From assembly GCA_951406725.2 (NCBI GenBank), contig OX597825.1:86428001-86492000 (forward strand): a stretch of DNA of 64,000 bases, written 5' to 3'. The DNA comes from Octopus vulgaris (taxonomy: Eukaryota). Below, piece after piece: positions 37,166 through 50,035 of this stretch. Every line of letters begins with the position of its first letter. Positions within the stretch are counted from its first letter, which is position 1. The notes beneath the pieces were generated by a model, which saw only the letters and a list, made by a program, of their open reading frames with translations, ran no database searches and was not told the DNA's origin. The position numbers were made by a program, and so were the translations under genes.

Positions 37166-37961
37166 CAGGGTGCAGTGAATATATTGTCATCTAAATTATG
37201 CAAAAATGAAGATAACACTGACATCTCATTTTAACAGCTGTATTTACTAAAATTACATAAAATTATCTTGAAATATTAAAGAGTAAATTTATTCAATAAA
37301 ATCACCATTGATTTCAACTACGGGCTCCAGATGACTTTGGAATCTCCTGCAACTCTTCCGGACAGTCTCCTTGTTTAAGTTGGTGAATGCTGCCATAATC
37401 TTTGCCTTCAGTTCATCAAGGAGATTGTAATCTGGGGGTTAGGTGACCAGATGTTAGGGGTGATGTGGTTGCAGAAATTGTCTGATGGCCATGATTGGCC
37501 TCTCCTGCTTGTGTGGCATGGTGCAGAGTCTGTTGCCAGACATGGGGTCTTCCAGCAGGCCACTCTCTTAACCCAAGGCAACACTACCTCCTCCACGCAC
37601 TTGATGTAGGCCTCCGCATTGAGTCTAAAGCTGTGTGAGAAGATGAATGGAGGCATAATGTTACCATCGCTCATTATCACCCCAAGCACCATGATGTTGA
37701 CTGGATGTTGGATTTTTATCACTCTCGGTACATGTCCTCAGATTGATACACAAACACTCTGAAGTGTTCGTATTGGAACTTCTGGCATGAATGTCAAGCA
37801 GTACAATATGGCGTTTCCAAATTTCTGATTGAGTGAATTGTTTTTTCGCAGATGGTGCCCAACTGACCCTACTATACTGTGTAGTTGACAAAATCAAAAA
37901 CAAACAATACACGTGTGAAATTAATAATATTAAATGATGACAATTTACTCATCACACCCTA
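37166..37961 (-). mobile_element. DD37D (maT-like) Tc1/mariner element, internally deleted
   Basis: TA flanks; TIRs cagggtgcagtgaatatattgtcatc / gatgacaatttactcatcacaccct. Peptide HPVNIMVLGVI..DSAPCHTS..W.PN; spacing from DSAP to the expected SPDxNPLD fits 37 residues, though the final motif is frameshifted. Confidence 0.85.
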
Positions 37962-37981
37962 TATATATATATATATATATA

Positions 37982-38166
37982 TTTACTTGTTTCAGTGCAG
38001 CCATGCTGGAGCACCACCTTAAGTCGAGCAAATCAACCTGAGAACTTATTCTTTGTAAGCCCAGTACTTATTCTATCAGTTTCTTTTGCCGAACCACTAA
38101 GTTATGGGGATGTAAACACACTGCCATCGGTTGTCAAGCGATGTTGGGGGAACAAACATATACACG

Positions 38167-38216
<50 letters not shown>

Positions 38217-38392
38217 CATACACATATGGATGACAGGCTTCTTTCAGTTTCAGTGTACCAAATCCACTCACAAGGCTTTAGTTGGCCAAAGCTGTAGTAG
38301 AAGACACTTGCTCAAGGTACCATGCAGTGGAACTGAACCCGGAACCATGTGGTTAGTAAGCAAGGTATTTACCACACAGCCACTCCTGCGCC
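37982..38392 (-). mobile_element. Full-length SINE family A with tail B
   Basis: Reverse complement of the 29632 copy from ttacttgtttcag to cactcctgcgcc; flanked by (TA)n on both sides. Confidence 0.92.
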
Positions 38393-38414
38393 TATATATA
38401 TATATATATATATA

Positions 38415-38491
38415 TGGTTCTGGGTTCAGTCCCACTGTGTGGCACGTTGGGCAAGTGGATTCGGTAGAAGGAAACTAAAAGAAACCTGTTG

Positions 38492-38531
<40 letters not shown>

Positions 38532-38760
38532 TATTTGTGTCTGTGTGTTCTCTGTGTTTGTCCTCCTGCCATTATTTGACAACCAGTGCTGGTGTGTTTA
38601 TGTTTCCATAACTTAGCAGTTTGGCAAAAGAGACTGACAAAATAAGGACTAGACTTACAAAGGATAAGTCCTGGGATCAATTTCTTCAACTAAGACCCTT
38701 AAGGCAGTGCTCCAGCACACTGCAGTCAAATGACTGAGATAAGCAAAAAAAAATAAAAGA
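38415..38760 (+). mobile_element. SINE family A with tail B, 5' clipped, internal deletion
   Basis: tggttctgggttcagtcccac...gggcaagtg|gattcggtag...gcagtcaaatgactga. Confidence 0.88.
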
Positions 38761-39451
38761 ATATATATACATATATAAACCCCACATACTGCAGTATATA
38801 CAAAATATATACTACTGATGTAGGGTTGTTTAAAACATGACTGCTTTGTCAGTTTGGTCACTATTTGTTTCAGCTAAGAAACTTCACTTTTGAATGCAAA
38901 GCAGGATGTAGTTATTTATGTTATGGCAAATGTATATTAATCATAATTATTTCCTGGAATATACTGAGTAGGGATTAATTCCTGTTGTATGAAGTATACC
39001 CATGGGTTCATTATACACACACACACACATACATATATATATTTATATATACAGTAACATGAATAAGAGGAAGATTTTATGAATGGTTACTGAAGATAAA
39101 AGCAAGTATTTAAAAGAAATGCCTGTTAACATTCCATTCAGTTCTCAGTAACTTGGTTTTTCTAAATGAAATAAATTTTCTCGTTAACTCGTAATTCCTA
39201 ATTTACTAGTAGTTTCTGGTATAGTGCCTTGTTTGATAAGTAGTGATGTTGTTAGTGTGAAATTACTGAGTCAACATCTTCACTTCCTTTGGCTTTCAAT
39301 GACTCACAGCTTCTCAAATAAAATTAGATTGTCTGCTGCCATTGTCATCACCATTTCCTATAACCCTGGAATCTTCCATTCCACATAGATTGCAGAAGAA
39401 AAAACATTTTTTTAAAGATCCACACACACACACACACACACACACACTCTT

Positions 39452-39489
<38 letters not shown>

Positions 39490-39564
39490 CCTCCCTCTCT
39501 TCTCAAACAGTTTGGTAAATTAGAAAAAGAAAATGAATTATATCAAGAGCTAATTGAAAAGATG

Positions 39565-39770
39565 TTCAATGCTTTTGATACCAAATCAACCTCAGATTAC
39601 CCCTATTTCTGTGATATAAACTTCTTGTTTCAAAGGGATCAAGGTCTAAATTAAAGCCTCTCAAAGTTTCATGGTAATTTAAATCCCAAACACCAAATTA
39701 ATAATGTCAAAATTAATTGAAACAAAGGTGGTATATGTATTTCAACAGAGAAATTGTAAGAAAAGGGTTA
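39565..39770. mobile_element. piggyBac-type MITE P1, opposite orientation, diverged
   Basis: cttttgatacca...gtatttcaacagagaaattgtaagaaaagggtta is the reverse complement of 17962 and 42702. Confidence 0.65.
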
Positions 39771-39854
39771 TGTCTAGAAAACTAACAAACCATAAGATTT
39801 GATATGCAGGCAAAGATAATTAATTTATAACCATTATTATTATGATAATTATTG

Positions 39855-40056
39855 TGGCAGTGAGTTGTCAGAATTGGACAAAATGCTTAGTAGCTTTTCA
39901 TCCATTTTTTACATTCTGAGTTCAAATTCTGCCATGGTTGATTTTGTCTTTCATCCTTTCAGGATTAATAAAATAAGCACCAGTCAATTACTGGAGTTGT
40001 TGTCATCAACTAACCCCTCTCCTAAGATTTCAGGCCTTGTATCTATAGTTGAAAGG

Positions 40057-40122
<66 letters not shown>
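39855..40122 (+). mobile_element. SINE family B with expanded (ATT)n tail
   Basis: ttctgagttcaaattctgcc...tttcatcctttcagg...; pure (ATT)n at 40057-40122. Confidence 0.85.
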
Positions 40123-40689
40123 TCTGTTGTTAAGTATGGTAGACAATTCCAGGCATGTTTCAGACTTTGTGGATCTCTTCAGCAGAAGTACTGTTTTTGA
40201 AATATCTGGGATCAAATTGTTAAATTAGCATATAAGTATATTTGTTGTCATGGAATGAGAAACCTAATTATATTATATATTAATGTCTTTATGGGACATT
40301 AGAAGTCACTGAATAATTTTGTGCTTGAAATAAGTTTGTTTTAAAAGTGTCTTTATCTGGGTTATAGTCCTGACATGCCCCTTTCAGTTTAGCACTACTG
40401 ACTGTTCATTGGATGCCTGTAGCAGAATTTACACAATTTGTAAGAATTCAGACTTGACCTTTGTTCCCTCCATCTTCATGTTTATCCTGCTGACAGTGTC
40501 TGACAAACATTCTGGTGGAGGGCCGTTGACCACACCAACTTCACCAATTTGAGGAGGTCATGAGCACTGCATATCCTTCTTGACTAACTTGTATATAAAA
40601 TTTCAGAAAAAGGAAATGAGTAAAATTAACTTTTGAAAATATGAAGATGTTGAATATATTTTACAACTTCATTTGCTTGTTGCCTCTCA

Positions 40690-40895
40690 TTCTCAGATCA
40701 ACCCCTACTGATCATACCTATGATCAAAGGCATTCCAGCCATGATCGTCTTGTCTTTTCAGAGTGGGGAGGGGTTCTAGAACACCATTATCTGATGTAGT
40801 CTTCCCATTCTTAAGACTGTATGGTGAGATTTGATGGTAATTTGGCTATTATTTCTAGCAATCAAGCAAGCATGTAAAGCTTCTTTGTTGACTTC
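40690..40895 (-). mobile_element. Family E repeat
   Basis: cctatgatcaaaggcattccagccatga...tttggctattatttctagca. Confidence 0.7.
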
Positions 40896-41069
40896 ACTTA
40901 TTTTAGAAAAGAATTTATTTAAAACTTATTTTTGGTCTTGGCATTGTTATTGAAGTTGTTTAAAATTAGTCTATTGAAATGTTTGTAAAGGAACAAAACA
41001 TCACATGTTCTATTGCCAAACATTTCCATTTACAATGGAATAAATCAAATGATGGAGTTTTTAGGAAGT

Positions 41070-41222
41070 CTCTAGAAAGATCAGCCAAATCTCTATAAAT
41101 CACATACTTCTATCATAAAAAAAAGGGACACCTTGAAGAATATAGTCCTTGATATACTAAAAGGAAGTAACCAAGCCTGGAATACCTTTCAACAGGTTTG
41201 TTTGGTGGTGGCTGACAACAAC
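41070..41222 (+). mobile_element. Family E repeat
   Basis: ctagaaagatcagccaaatctc...atagtccttgata...ctggaatacctttc...gctgacaacaac. Confidence 0.65.
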
Positions 41223-41479
41223 TTACCTTGCAAGTATCAAAGATGACAATGCCAACCACAACCCCTTGTGAAACTTTTGGCACAGAATTCTGGGCAGCAA
41301 AACAAAGAACCATGAGCTGTTATTGATATGTTTGAAACTCTATAAAGATCAGTGGAGAGCAAGGAAGGGAGAAAGAGATATAGAGAGATGTTCTTGACTT
41401 ATGGTTGAGCCAGGAACAGCTTGTTTTGATGATGGTAGATGAAAATTGAATAAGTATTTATATCTGAAGATATAAAAAG

Positions 41480-41840
41480 TACCAACCAATCGTGGCCATT
41501 TCCAGCCTCCCCTGGCACCTGTGCCGGTGGCATGTAAAAAGCACCCACTACACTCACAGAGTGGTTGGCGTTAGGAAGGGCATCCAGCTGTAGAAACACT
41601 GCCAGATCAGATTGGAGCCTGGTGTAGCCCCCTGGCTTCCCAAACCCCAGTCGAACCATCCAACCCGTGCTAGCACGAAAAACGGACGTTAAGCGATGAT
41701 GACGATGATGATGATCTGAAGATAGCTCTTGTGGTTCTTCACATTCTGAGTTCAAATCCTGTTGAAGTTAACTTTTCTCTTCATCCTTCTGGGTCATTAA
41801 AATAAGGTACCGGTCACGTACTGAGACCTATTTAATTGAC
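41480..41840 (+). mobile_element. Family D repeat followed by a partial SINE family B
   Basis: ggtggcatgtaaaaagcacc...cggacgttaagcgatgatgacgatg, then ttctgagttcaaatcc...aaaataaggtacc. Confidence 0.82.
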
Positions 41841-42280
41841 TGTTGAACTTTACAAACATACAATGCGTGGCAAGTATGACATAATTGAGTCCAAATCTGT
41901 TCCCAGTAGTGGGGGCTGTGGTGATACCTCAGCTGAAATAACATTGCTGTTATGTCAGTGTTACTAATCTAGCTTTAACATCTATATTACTGCAAACACA
42001 ACATAAACACCCCCACCACACACACACACACACGCATTTATTTCATTCATACATTCATACACACACTCTCCCTAAAAATGAACTCTATTAAAATGGATAA
42101 CACAAATGAAAAGTATCCAAAAATAATCCATATTTTCTGTTTTTCACAAACGGTCAATATTGCTAAGATACAAAAGTTTGAAAATATTTATATCACATTT
42201 TGAGGATACTCAGTTGTATATATGAACAAATGAAAGTCTTGGCAGCTATGAAACATTAACTTGTCTGAGTAAAATATATC

Positions 42281-42327
<47 letters not shown>

Positions 42328-42701
42328 TCTGTTATGTTAAATCAACTCTTGTAGTCCACCTTTACTATAAAACTATCAATACAAATCCTATGGTAAGTTT
42401 GAGGTTCTAGATTTGCAATGTATTTGGAAATATAGGGGATTAGAATTTTAGTATTTGAAGATTCAGCATCCTTCCAAACTCCAGAATCTCTGAATTGGAA
42501 AGTTCTATTTCTGCAAAAGTAATTTTCTAGAGAATTTTAGAGTTGCACTTGTTTGGCGAGTGATTTTGTTTTTTCCATGATGTAATTAATATAGAAATAT
42601 TTCAGAAATACAGGATGTTCAGTTTCATTCAGCTTTAAATAATTACTCTTAATTATGGGGATTTGATGAGGATTATTAATAGGGTAATTATAAGTTTGGG
42701 T

Positions 42702-42921
42702 TTAACCCTTTTGTTACTATATTTCTGTTGAAATATACCAACTTTATTTCGATTAATTTTTTAAATAATGAAAAATTTACACAAGTAACCATCAGCCTTA
42801 AACTGGTGTTTAGAATATAAATTAACCTGAAATGGTTGCTGGAAGATTTTAACTTAAATTCCTTTAAAACCAGAGGTCTGTCTGCTAGAACCAGCTGCTG
42901 CTTCAAGTAGGTTGGCATTAA
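42702..42921. mobile_element. piggyBac-type MITE P1
   Basis: ttaacccttttgttac left end; internal match to 17962; right end decayed. Confidence 0.7.
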
Positions 42922-45074
42922 TGAAGCTTAGACATCTGTTATTGTTTTAACTTTAGGGTGCTGAGAACTTTAATGGTTTTGGAAATTGACTTCATATTTA
43001 TTGTCTTTGTTTTTGACCTTCTTCAAATGTAAATGGTGTCATAACGATAATCACATTTTTGTGAAGAGAAAATACAATATCGAAGTCATTGAATGGATGT
43101 TGGGACTATCAAATTATTCCACCATTTGGTGGTAGAATAGTTTGTTGCATGTGTGGGTGTCTGTGTATATGCTTGCAATTTTCTAACACTTTGCACAAGG
43201 AATTACTGGAATTATGTTTTTCTTCATTTATGTCTGCCATTTCTAGTGAACCTTTGCTGCTATCAAATGATGGGGGAGCAGCAGGAATTGTTGGTGGAAC
43301 AAAATGACCTTGTGGATAAGGTTTTAATTCAGCTTCTTCACACACCTTTTTCTATGTATGGGGAAGACAATTATATATCTTAAACAGGACATTTATATCC
43401 ACATCAATTCACCTAGCTGAGAATGGGCACCATGTGGGTGTCATGATAACTTTTGAATAGAATAACAACCTGCCTGGGAGAAGATTTAACCTATCTGCTT
43501 AAGAGCAGAATAACCAAATCTTAAACCCTGGCTTTATGGAGCTTCTGAGGACTCATAGAGTTATTGACAGTTCTCTATAAGAGTTCTCATTATGGTGATA
43601 TTATTCATAAAAGTCATTATTCCACATACATATGTCAGCCATATTTTTTTGCTTTCTCTATATCTATCTAGAATAGACCGTGTTTTCTGTGTATATATAA
43701 CAATCCTATTTAAGTTTGATTCCTTCCTTTGTACGTGTCACTATCAGACAATCAATTAACTTTTTATGATAATATCCATCAATGGGTTATCATCTCTGTT
43801 CACTTTTGTATGACAGTCTTTCTCATCTAACTCTTCTTCTGACCACAACTTCATGTAAGAGTTTCATTCTTCAGTGCAAACTAACGAAGAAGCACTGACC
43901 GTCTGTAAAATCTGCCACTGTGAGTTGTCTCTGTGCTTATAACACTGGGTTTACAGTGAGTTGAACATTTAAGTGTTGCTGCACAGTTATTTCATAAATT
44001 AGATGAAAAGAGAAAAATGTCACTTCTCTCTTCATAATTCAGTAAAACACTGTTAAAATTTGATCTTTTTCTAAAATAAACAAGGCTCAACTTTAAAAAG
44101 TTATTCTGAAAGCCCTTTCTACATTAACGAAGCACTGTAATTAAGCTGGTTGTTGCTGATTAATGATACCATGGAGATGTTTGGGTATTTTGTAATTAAC
44201 TATTAAATGGAAACACTTATGAAAATAAAAATATGAGTTTGTTTCAATTTGTCTTCTAGTGAGAGGTCAGTGGGTAAAAAATACATATTTTTGTCCCTGG
44301 CTTTAGTTTCTGCTTTAATCTAGTCAACATCTGTTGTTAGTGTGTTGTTTTCTAAATCTTTCTAATCCCCTTTTGTCGACTGAGTCATGTCACTCTTTCA
44401 CAGAATGGCAACCAGTGCAGTTGGCAGTCTTAACCAATACCTCATGCTTCACCCCCTGTATTTGAGTTCAAATGTCACAAGAATTGGTGGTGGTGGGAAT
44501 GTATTCTCCCTCCACTTCATTCACAGATATATGCATTTATATTTGCATTGATGTGTGAATAGCATATTGAATTACATACACATGTTTCTTATATATGTCT
44601 GGATGCAAGTATAAAACACATGTATAAGAAATCTCTCTCTCTCACTCACATACACAGGTATACATATATACATCTATAGACATTTAACTACACACACACA
44701 CACACAACCAGAGGGTGTATAAAATAATATTTTTGATATGAATATATATTTAGTATTGCATTAAAATAATTTTGCAGTTATAAACTTTATAAACCTCTTG
44801 AGAAAATTTGCATTTGTGACGAGTGAAAGATCACAATTTTGACTGTTAGATCTTATTCAGCTTTTGAATATTCACAACTCATAACCATTCATGCATACTG
44901 TCTTAATGTTCTGTGTGTATGTGTGTGTGTGTGTGTGTGTGTGCATTCAAATTTTACCAGCTGTAAATGAAATAGGAACAGTGTACTCAATACGTGTTAC
45001 TGGGTGTATATTGTCTATTTCAACTCAATCCTTTCTTTCATGAGTCAATCTTTCCTCCTGCCATTAATCATAGT

Positions 45075-45288
45075 TTAACTCTTAAGCATGCAGGTTACTC
45101 TGTCAAGTGCTGTGCTTATTATTTGCATTGTTTTCAAGTATTCATGCATTATCTTTTAGCTTTAATGATGTGAATGTTGATTTTTAGGATGACATTGTAG
45201 GTTACGTGTGAGAAGCCAGATCTGCCCAAATTAAACATAAAACGAGTCTCTGAACTGGATATGGTTGGTTTCAATGCGAAAGGGTTAA
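45075..45288. mobile_element. piggyBac-type MITE (second family, P2)
   Basis: ttaactcttaagcat ... aatgcgaaagggttaa; TTAA at both ends; interior unlike P1. Confidence 0.65.
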
Positions 45289-45360
45289 ATGCATTTTAGA
45301 TTCTGCAAATTTCTTGTATGATGAAATATTCTCAGTTCTGTGATGCAGAACATAGAAATT

Positions 45361-45402
<42 letters not shown>

Positions 45403-46534
45403 AATGCTACTTAAATTTTTTTAAATTTCCTATTAAAGAAAGAACATGTGGCAACTGAAATAACCTTTCTGATTATTTTTGAGCAAGGCTAAAAATATAT
45501 TTTCCAGCATAAAGTGAGCATATGTGTAGGTATTGCCAGAGGTAATGTTTTTATAGGTGATAATATTTTGATAGGGGGCAATAATTTCTGTTGTCTGCTT
45601 CAAATATGTTTACTTAAGCATTCATTGGCTGTACCTTCCTCATTAGTATCACAGCCAACGAAGTAGACTGGATACTGGTGTAATACTGAAGGTTGTATGA
45701 TTTATGTGGTCTTTGATGTGTGTCTGGTGGACATAACTGAATCGCACTGGTTTACTAATTGCACCTAGCTAGAAGTACCATTTACAGGTACTGTATATAG
45801 CCAGATGTGATTCATAACCATGCTGTTTAAAATTCAAATACTGGCAAGGAATCTAGAAAAAAACAAAACAGGAAACCAGCAATACGTATTGTCTCTTGAC
45901 AGTAAAAACATAAAAAAAAATGCTAGTGCTGCATCACCTCCATGAGGAAGTGGACTTTATTTATATTTGATATTTACCATCGTTGTTGTTTTTGTGTCAC
46001 ATGTTTCCTTTTCCACTTTAGCTGATCAGGCCCTTCTAATAACCAAGCCCTCAACACTAGATGCGCAAAGCTACCTAAGTTATTTAATGATAGATAGATA
46101 CAGATAATTTAGCAGTGATTAAATTATGTTAGTGCTCTAGATTGGATTGAAACAAAAAAGCAAAAAGAAACACTGAACGCATAGAATCAACAAATCAATT
46201 TATAAAATCAAATGAAATTCCATCCAATATTGTTATGTATAGATATAAAGTGACAGATAATAGGATTGGAGAAAAGGAGCAAAAATGAAGAAGATTTTTT
46301 AATAAAAATCTAAAGATATCCTTAGTGGTGCAGCATGGTATCTATTTGTGCCCTTTTCTAATTAACAGGTGTGATAGGCCACACCATGGGGCAATTACTT
46401 CCGTTGTACCCCCATCTCAATATTATACTTAATCTAAGATAGAGATTTATTATTCAACTTCTTTTTTATTTCCTAAATTGATTTTGTCTGACCATTTTCA
46501 AGTTTTATCTTTATCAGTAGGTTGTTTTAAGTTC

Positions 46535-46730
46535 TTAGCCTTGCAAGTTATGAGGTCACTAATACTGGTGTCAGGATAGAAGCACCCAGTCCACTCTGTA
46601 AAATGGTTGGCATCAGGAACGGCATCTGGCTGTAGAAATCATGTCAAAGTAGACATTAAAGCATGATGCCTGTTCAGCTGTGCAACCTATGCCAGTATGG
46701 AAGCTGGATATCAACGGATGATGGTGGTGA
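46535..46730 (+). mobile_element. Family D repeat, diverged
   Basis: ccttgcaagtta...aagcaccc...ggcatctggctgtagaaa...gatggtggtgat. Confidence 0.65.
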
Positions 46731-48794
46731 TACATGACTGTATTCTGCGCAATAAAGTGATAAAAATTATAAATTGGAAGGTAGACCAAGAAATCTGTTG
46801 AAATGTCGCAGCTGAAGGCAATCAGACATTGTACAAAACTACTCTGTAGCAAAACAAGAGATTAGGGCTTTAAAGGATTTCTGCTCTGCAATTGTAAACC
46901 ATTCCATGAATGAAGATGGGAGAATAGTTTCCTTCTGATGCCATTCTGTTCTTCATTAGGGTTCCATGAATTTTAATATTTCCAAAATTATTGTCTTTAG
47001 GTTTGTATCTCATCATTACCTACAATATAATAGAGATTTTGACTAAGATATTTCCAGAGATAGAATATGATTAGTATTTTAAAGGGTTAAGCATTTTGGA
47101 AATGTTGGCATTAATCATTCCTCATTCTTGACATAGTTGTCATACATCATTGCCATTTTTGTTTTTTAATCCTTGGCTTAGGCACTAAAAACTATGACTG
47201 TTTCTTCAACATTGCATGGAATTCTTGGTTTATTTTGTTTGCATTTATAATATCTATTGCTCTCTCTCTCTCTCTCTCTCTCATTTAACATTTAAAAAAA
47301 AATTTTCTTACCATGAAAAAATTCGAGTATTGTGTCAATAAATGCTATCGTCAATTTTGCAATATATTTCTTTGACTAATAAAGTACCAGTTTGATAAAG
47401 TATTTAATTACTCTCTTGCACTGATAAAGCAGCCAATTAGGAACTTTTTGATTCAATGTCTCTGTCCATTCTGGAGCAATTTAGCTAATTATCATTGGTT
47501 ATCTTAATGACAAATAGGAAGGGTCACTCCATTCTGAGCAAGAATCAGGATGAATTGGAAAATCTTTGAACCTAAAGAATACCAATTTTGTATTTGTTGT
47601 TGTGTAACCCAGATATTCCAGCTGTGACAATTCAATACTTTTTTTTCAGGAACAGTGTGTCTAAGACTACACATTATCCAATTTGTTCATTCATGGTATG
47701 TCAAGTTGGTTTGTGAATTCTATGATTTACCATTAAGTAAAGAGCATAGGAGGTAGAGAATCTATTCAGCAGAAAAATCACATTTATATGAAAGCTTCAA
47801 ATTAATTTTCATTTCAATAATCTATATTATCAGTCATGATTTTGAAGTGTCACATTTTACTAATTCTGCAGATTATGGTTCAAACAGCTTCATAGAAATC
47901 TTTGTATTTGTATTTAGAATATAAGGACAAATAAGTAAAAAAAAAAGAAAGAAAAGCCATAATGTCCAAAAGAAGAGAACTTAGATTGACTTCTATGTCA
48001 GAATGCATTCTCTGAGTTGGTATATTTATTGCTTTACTTCTTAGATCAGAATTCTGTTTGGAATCTTCTGTTGTTCTTTATTAACATGAACAGATCTGTT
48101 GTCTGTGTCTGGAAGAATGTATCCATACAAGAATACCATTTCTCATTTTCATATCAAGGACACTTATGTCCTATTTCTGTCTGCTATCAAGAGCCGTTTC
48201 TTAGCTCCTTCAGTTGATTGTTGCATTTCTAACAAAAGATATTCTTCTTGTTGTTAGTGCTTGGCTCCATCTTGACTGCTTCTATTGCCTCTTGATGGAA
48301 TCACTTGTCTGCTCTTTTGCAGGAATTCAATGGAATAATTATGGATAGTTATGAGATGTGGGGTTTTTTTCTTTTCTTTTTTTTTTTCCCCCTGTCTGTT
48401 TACTTCAATTATATAGGTATTTTATCAAAAGTAGGCTATGATTGCCAGAAATTATTTAGCACAAATTATCTTTTCTTATTTTAAAGATGAATGGCCTTTT
48501 TTTGTTGGCAGCCATCTTTGCTTTCATTGTTCTGAACACCTTCCGCACGAGTTGCTTGACCCAAAGCCACCTGTTGCATGTAAAGCACTCGTCATTGTAT
48601 CAGCTCACTGATTTGCACAGCCAATAGTATATCAGCAATTAGCTGTTAATGGTCTCTGTGTTCCAGAGAAAAAGGAACACAATTTAGCTTTGTTTCTAGA
48701 TTCTAATGTTATCTTTACCGTTTCCATAATGATTGATATTTGCAATAAAGGAGATACCATGGAGTTCACTGTTCTCAGTTTGTAAACACATTTA

Positions 48795-48795
<1 letters not shown>

Positions 48796-48857
<62 letters not shown>
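48796..48857. repeat. (CA)n microsatellite
   Basis: Direct reading. Confidence 0.97.
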
Positions 48858-48861
<4 letters not shown>

Positions 48862-49639
48862 TCACTCATCGCTTTTAGTTTATCTTTATTTTTAGAGATA
48901 TATTTTTTTACATTATTTTCGTATGCTAATATAGTTTTAATAGTTCTCCAAGTTTGTATATGCACATGAATTATTAAAGCTGGTGGTTTTACAACAAATT
49001 TACTAATCTATGGAAAAGAGTTTGTTTACAGTTTAATTGACTTATTATTATGTAAATTGTTGACCACTTTGTAGCAACACAGCATGGTGAAAATGAATAT
49101 ATTTGCAATATTTTGACTTTCCACCCATTCTCCACTAATTCATAGCCTAAGGTAACCATAGTTACACAATAATGTATGTTTTAGAGGTAAATATTCTGGT
49201 GATGTTGGTCTCTTTAGGTATTTTTGGCCCAGTGGCTTCTCTCTAAAAAGCACTCTACTCTTTGGTATGTTTATATTTCTATTCCGGCTGGTACACACAG
49301 ATCCTGCTTACTTAGGAAACTGGAGTAGGGTTCATTACTGGCCACGAAATCATGATACAAATTAAACAAGATCAAAACTATTGTGATATGTACTGAAGGG
49401 GACAGTATACATGCTAAGGCAGTGGGTGGAGTGTGATGGAATGGAATTTTTAAGAGATGCTGTGGGCATGAAAGGATTGTGAATTACATTTGATATGTAG
49501 ATTAATGTGGGTCTGCTTAGCAATAATCTCACCTTGTCAACATTGCTTTTGCTATACATTAGAAATGATTTACCTTGTCTGGTGATGATTACATTGCATA
49601 ATGCCTCCTCCCCCACCCCCATATATTTATGTGAGGCTT

Positions 49640-50035
49640 ATAATGGCTGTGAGATTAAGGTACATGGCTTTGAACATGGTTGTAAGTTCAAATTTTTCCT
49701 CATTGTGTTTTGGGTTCACTCCCACTGCGTGGCACCTTGGGCTAATGTTTTCTTCTATAGTCTTAGGTCAACTAAAGCTTTGTGGGTCGATTTGGTTGAC
49801 AGAAACTGAAAGAAGCCTATCCGCTGTGTGTGTGTGTGTATGAGCAAGCTTTGTCCTCATTTCCGGTTTTCCATAAAAATGTGTCTGTATGTTTGTCCAT
49901 GGAGACATATTACCTTGCTTGAAAATGGTTATGGTTTGGGTATCAGGAAGGATATCTGGTTATTGAAAATCTGCTACAACAAATTCCATTTGACCCATAA
50001 AACTATGGAAAAGTGGACATTAAAATAGTGATGAT
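49640..50035 (+). mobile_element. SINE family A, RTE-type tail
   Basis: gggttcactcccactgcgtggcaccttggg...ggaaaagtggacattaaaatagtgatgatg. Confidence 0.78.

Noticed and set aside
41113-41313. RT motif-like peptide VSQGVVVGIVIF
   Set aside because: The adjacent sequence is a family E repeat, so no second RT motif supports it.
42355-42398. Micro-exon ending ATG|gtaagt (similar case at 50562-50609)
   Set aside because: Acceptors are weak and gtaagt is expected many times by chance in 64 kb of AT-rich DNA.
43089-43383. Overlapping ORFs with natural-looking composition
   Set aside because: No recognisable domain or splice signals; probably an old repeat that I cannot classify.
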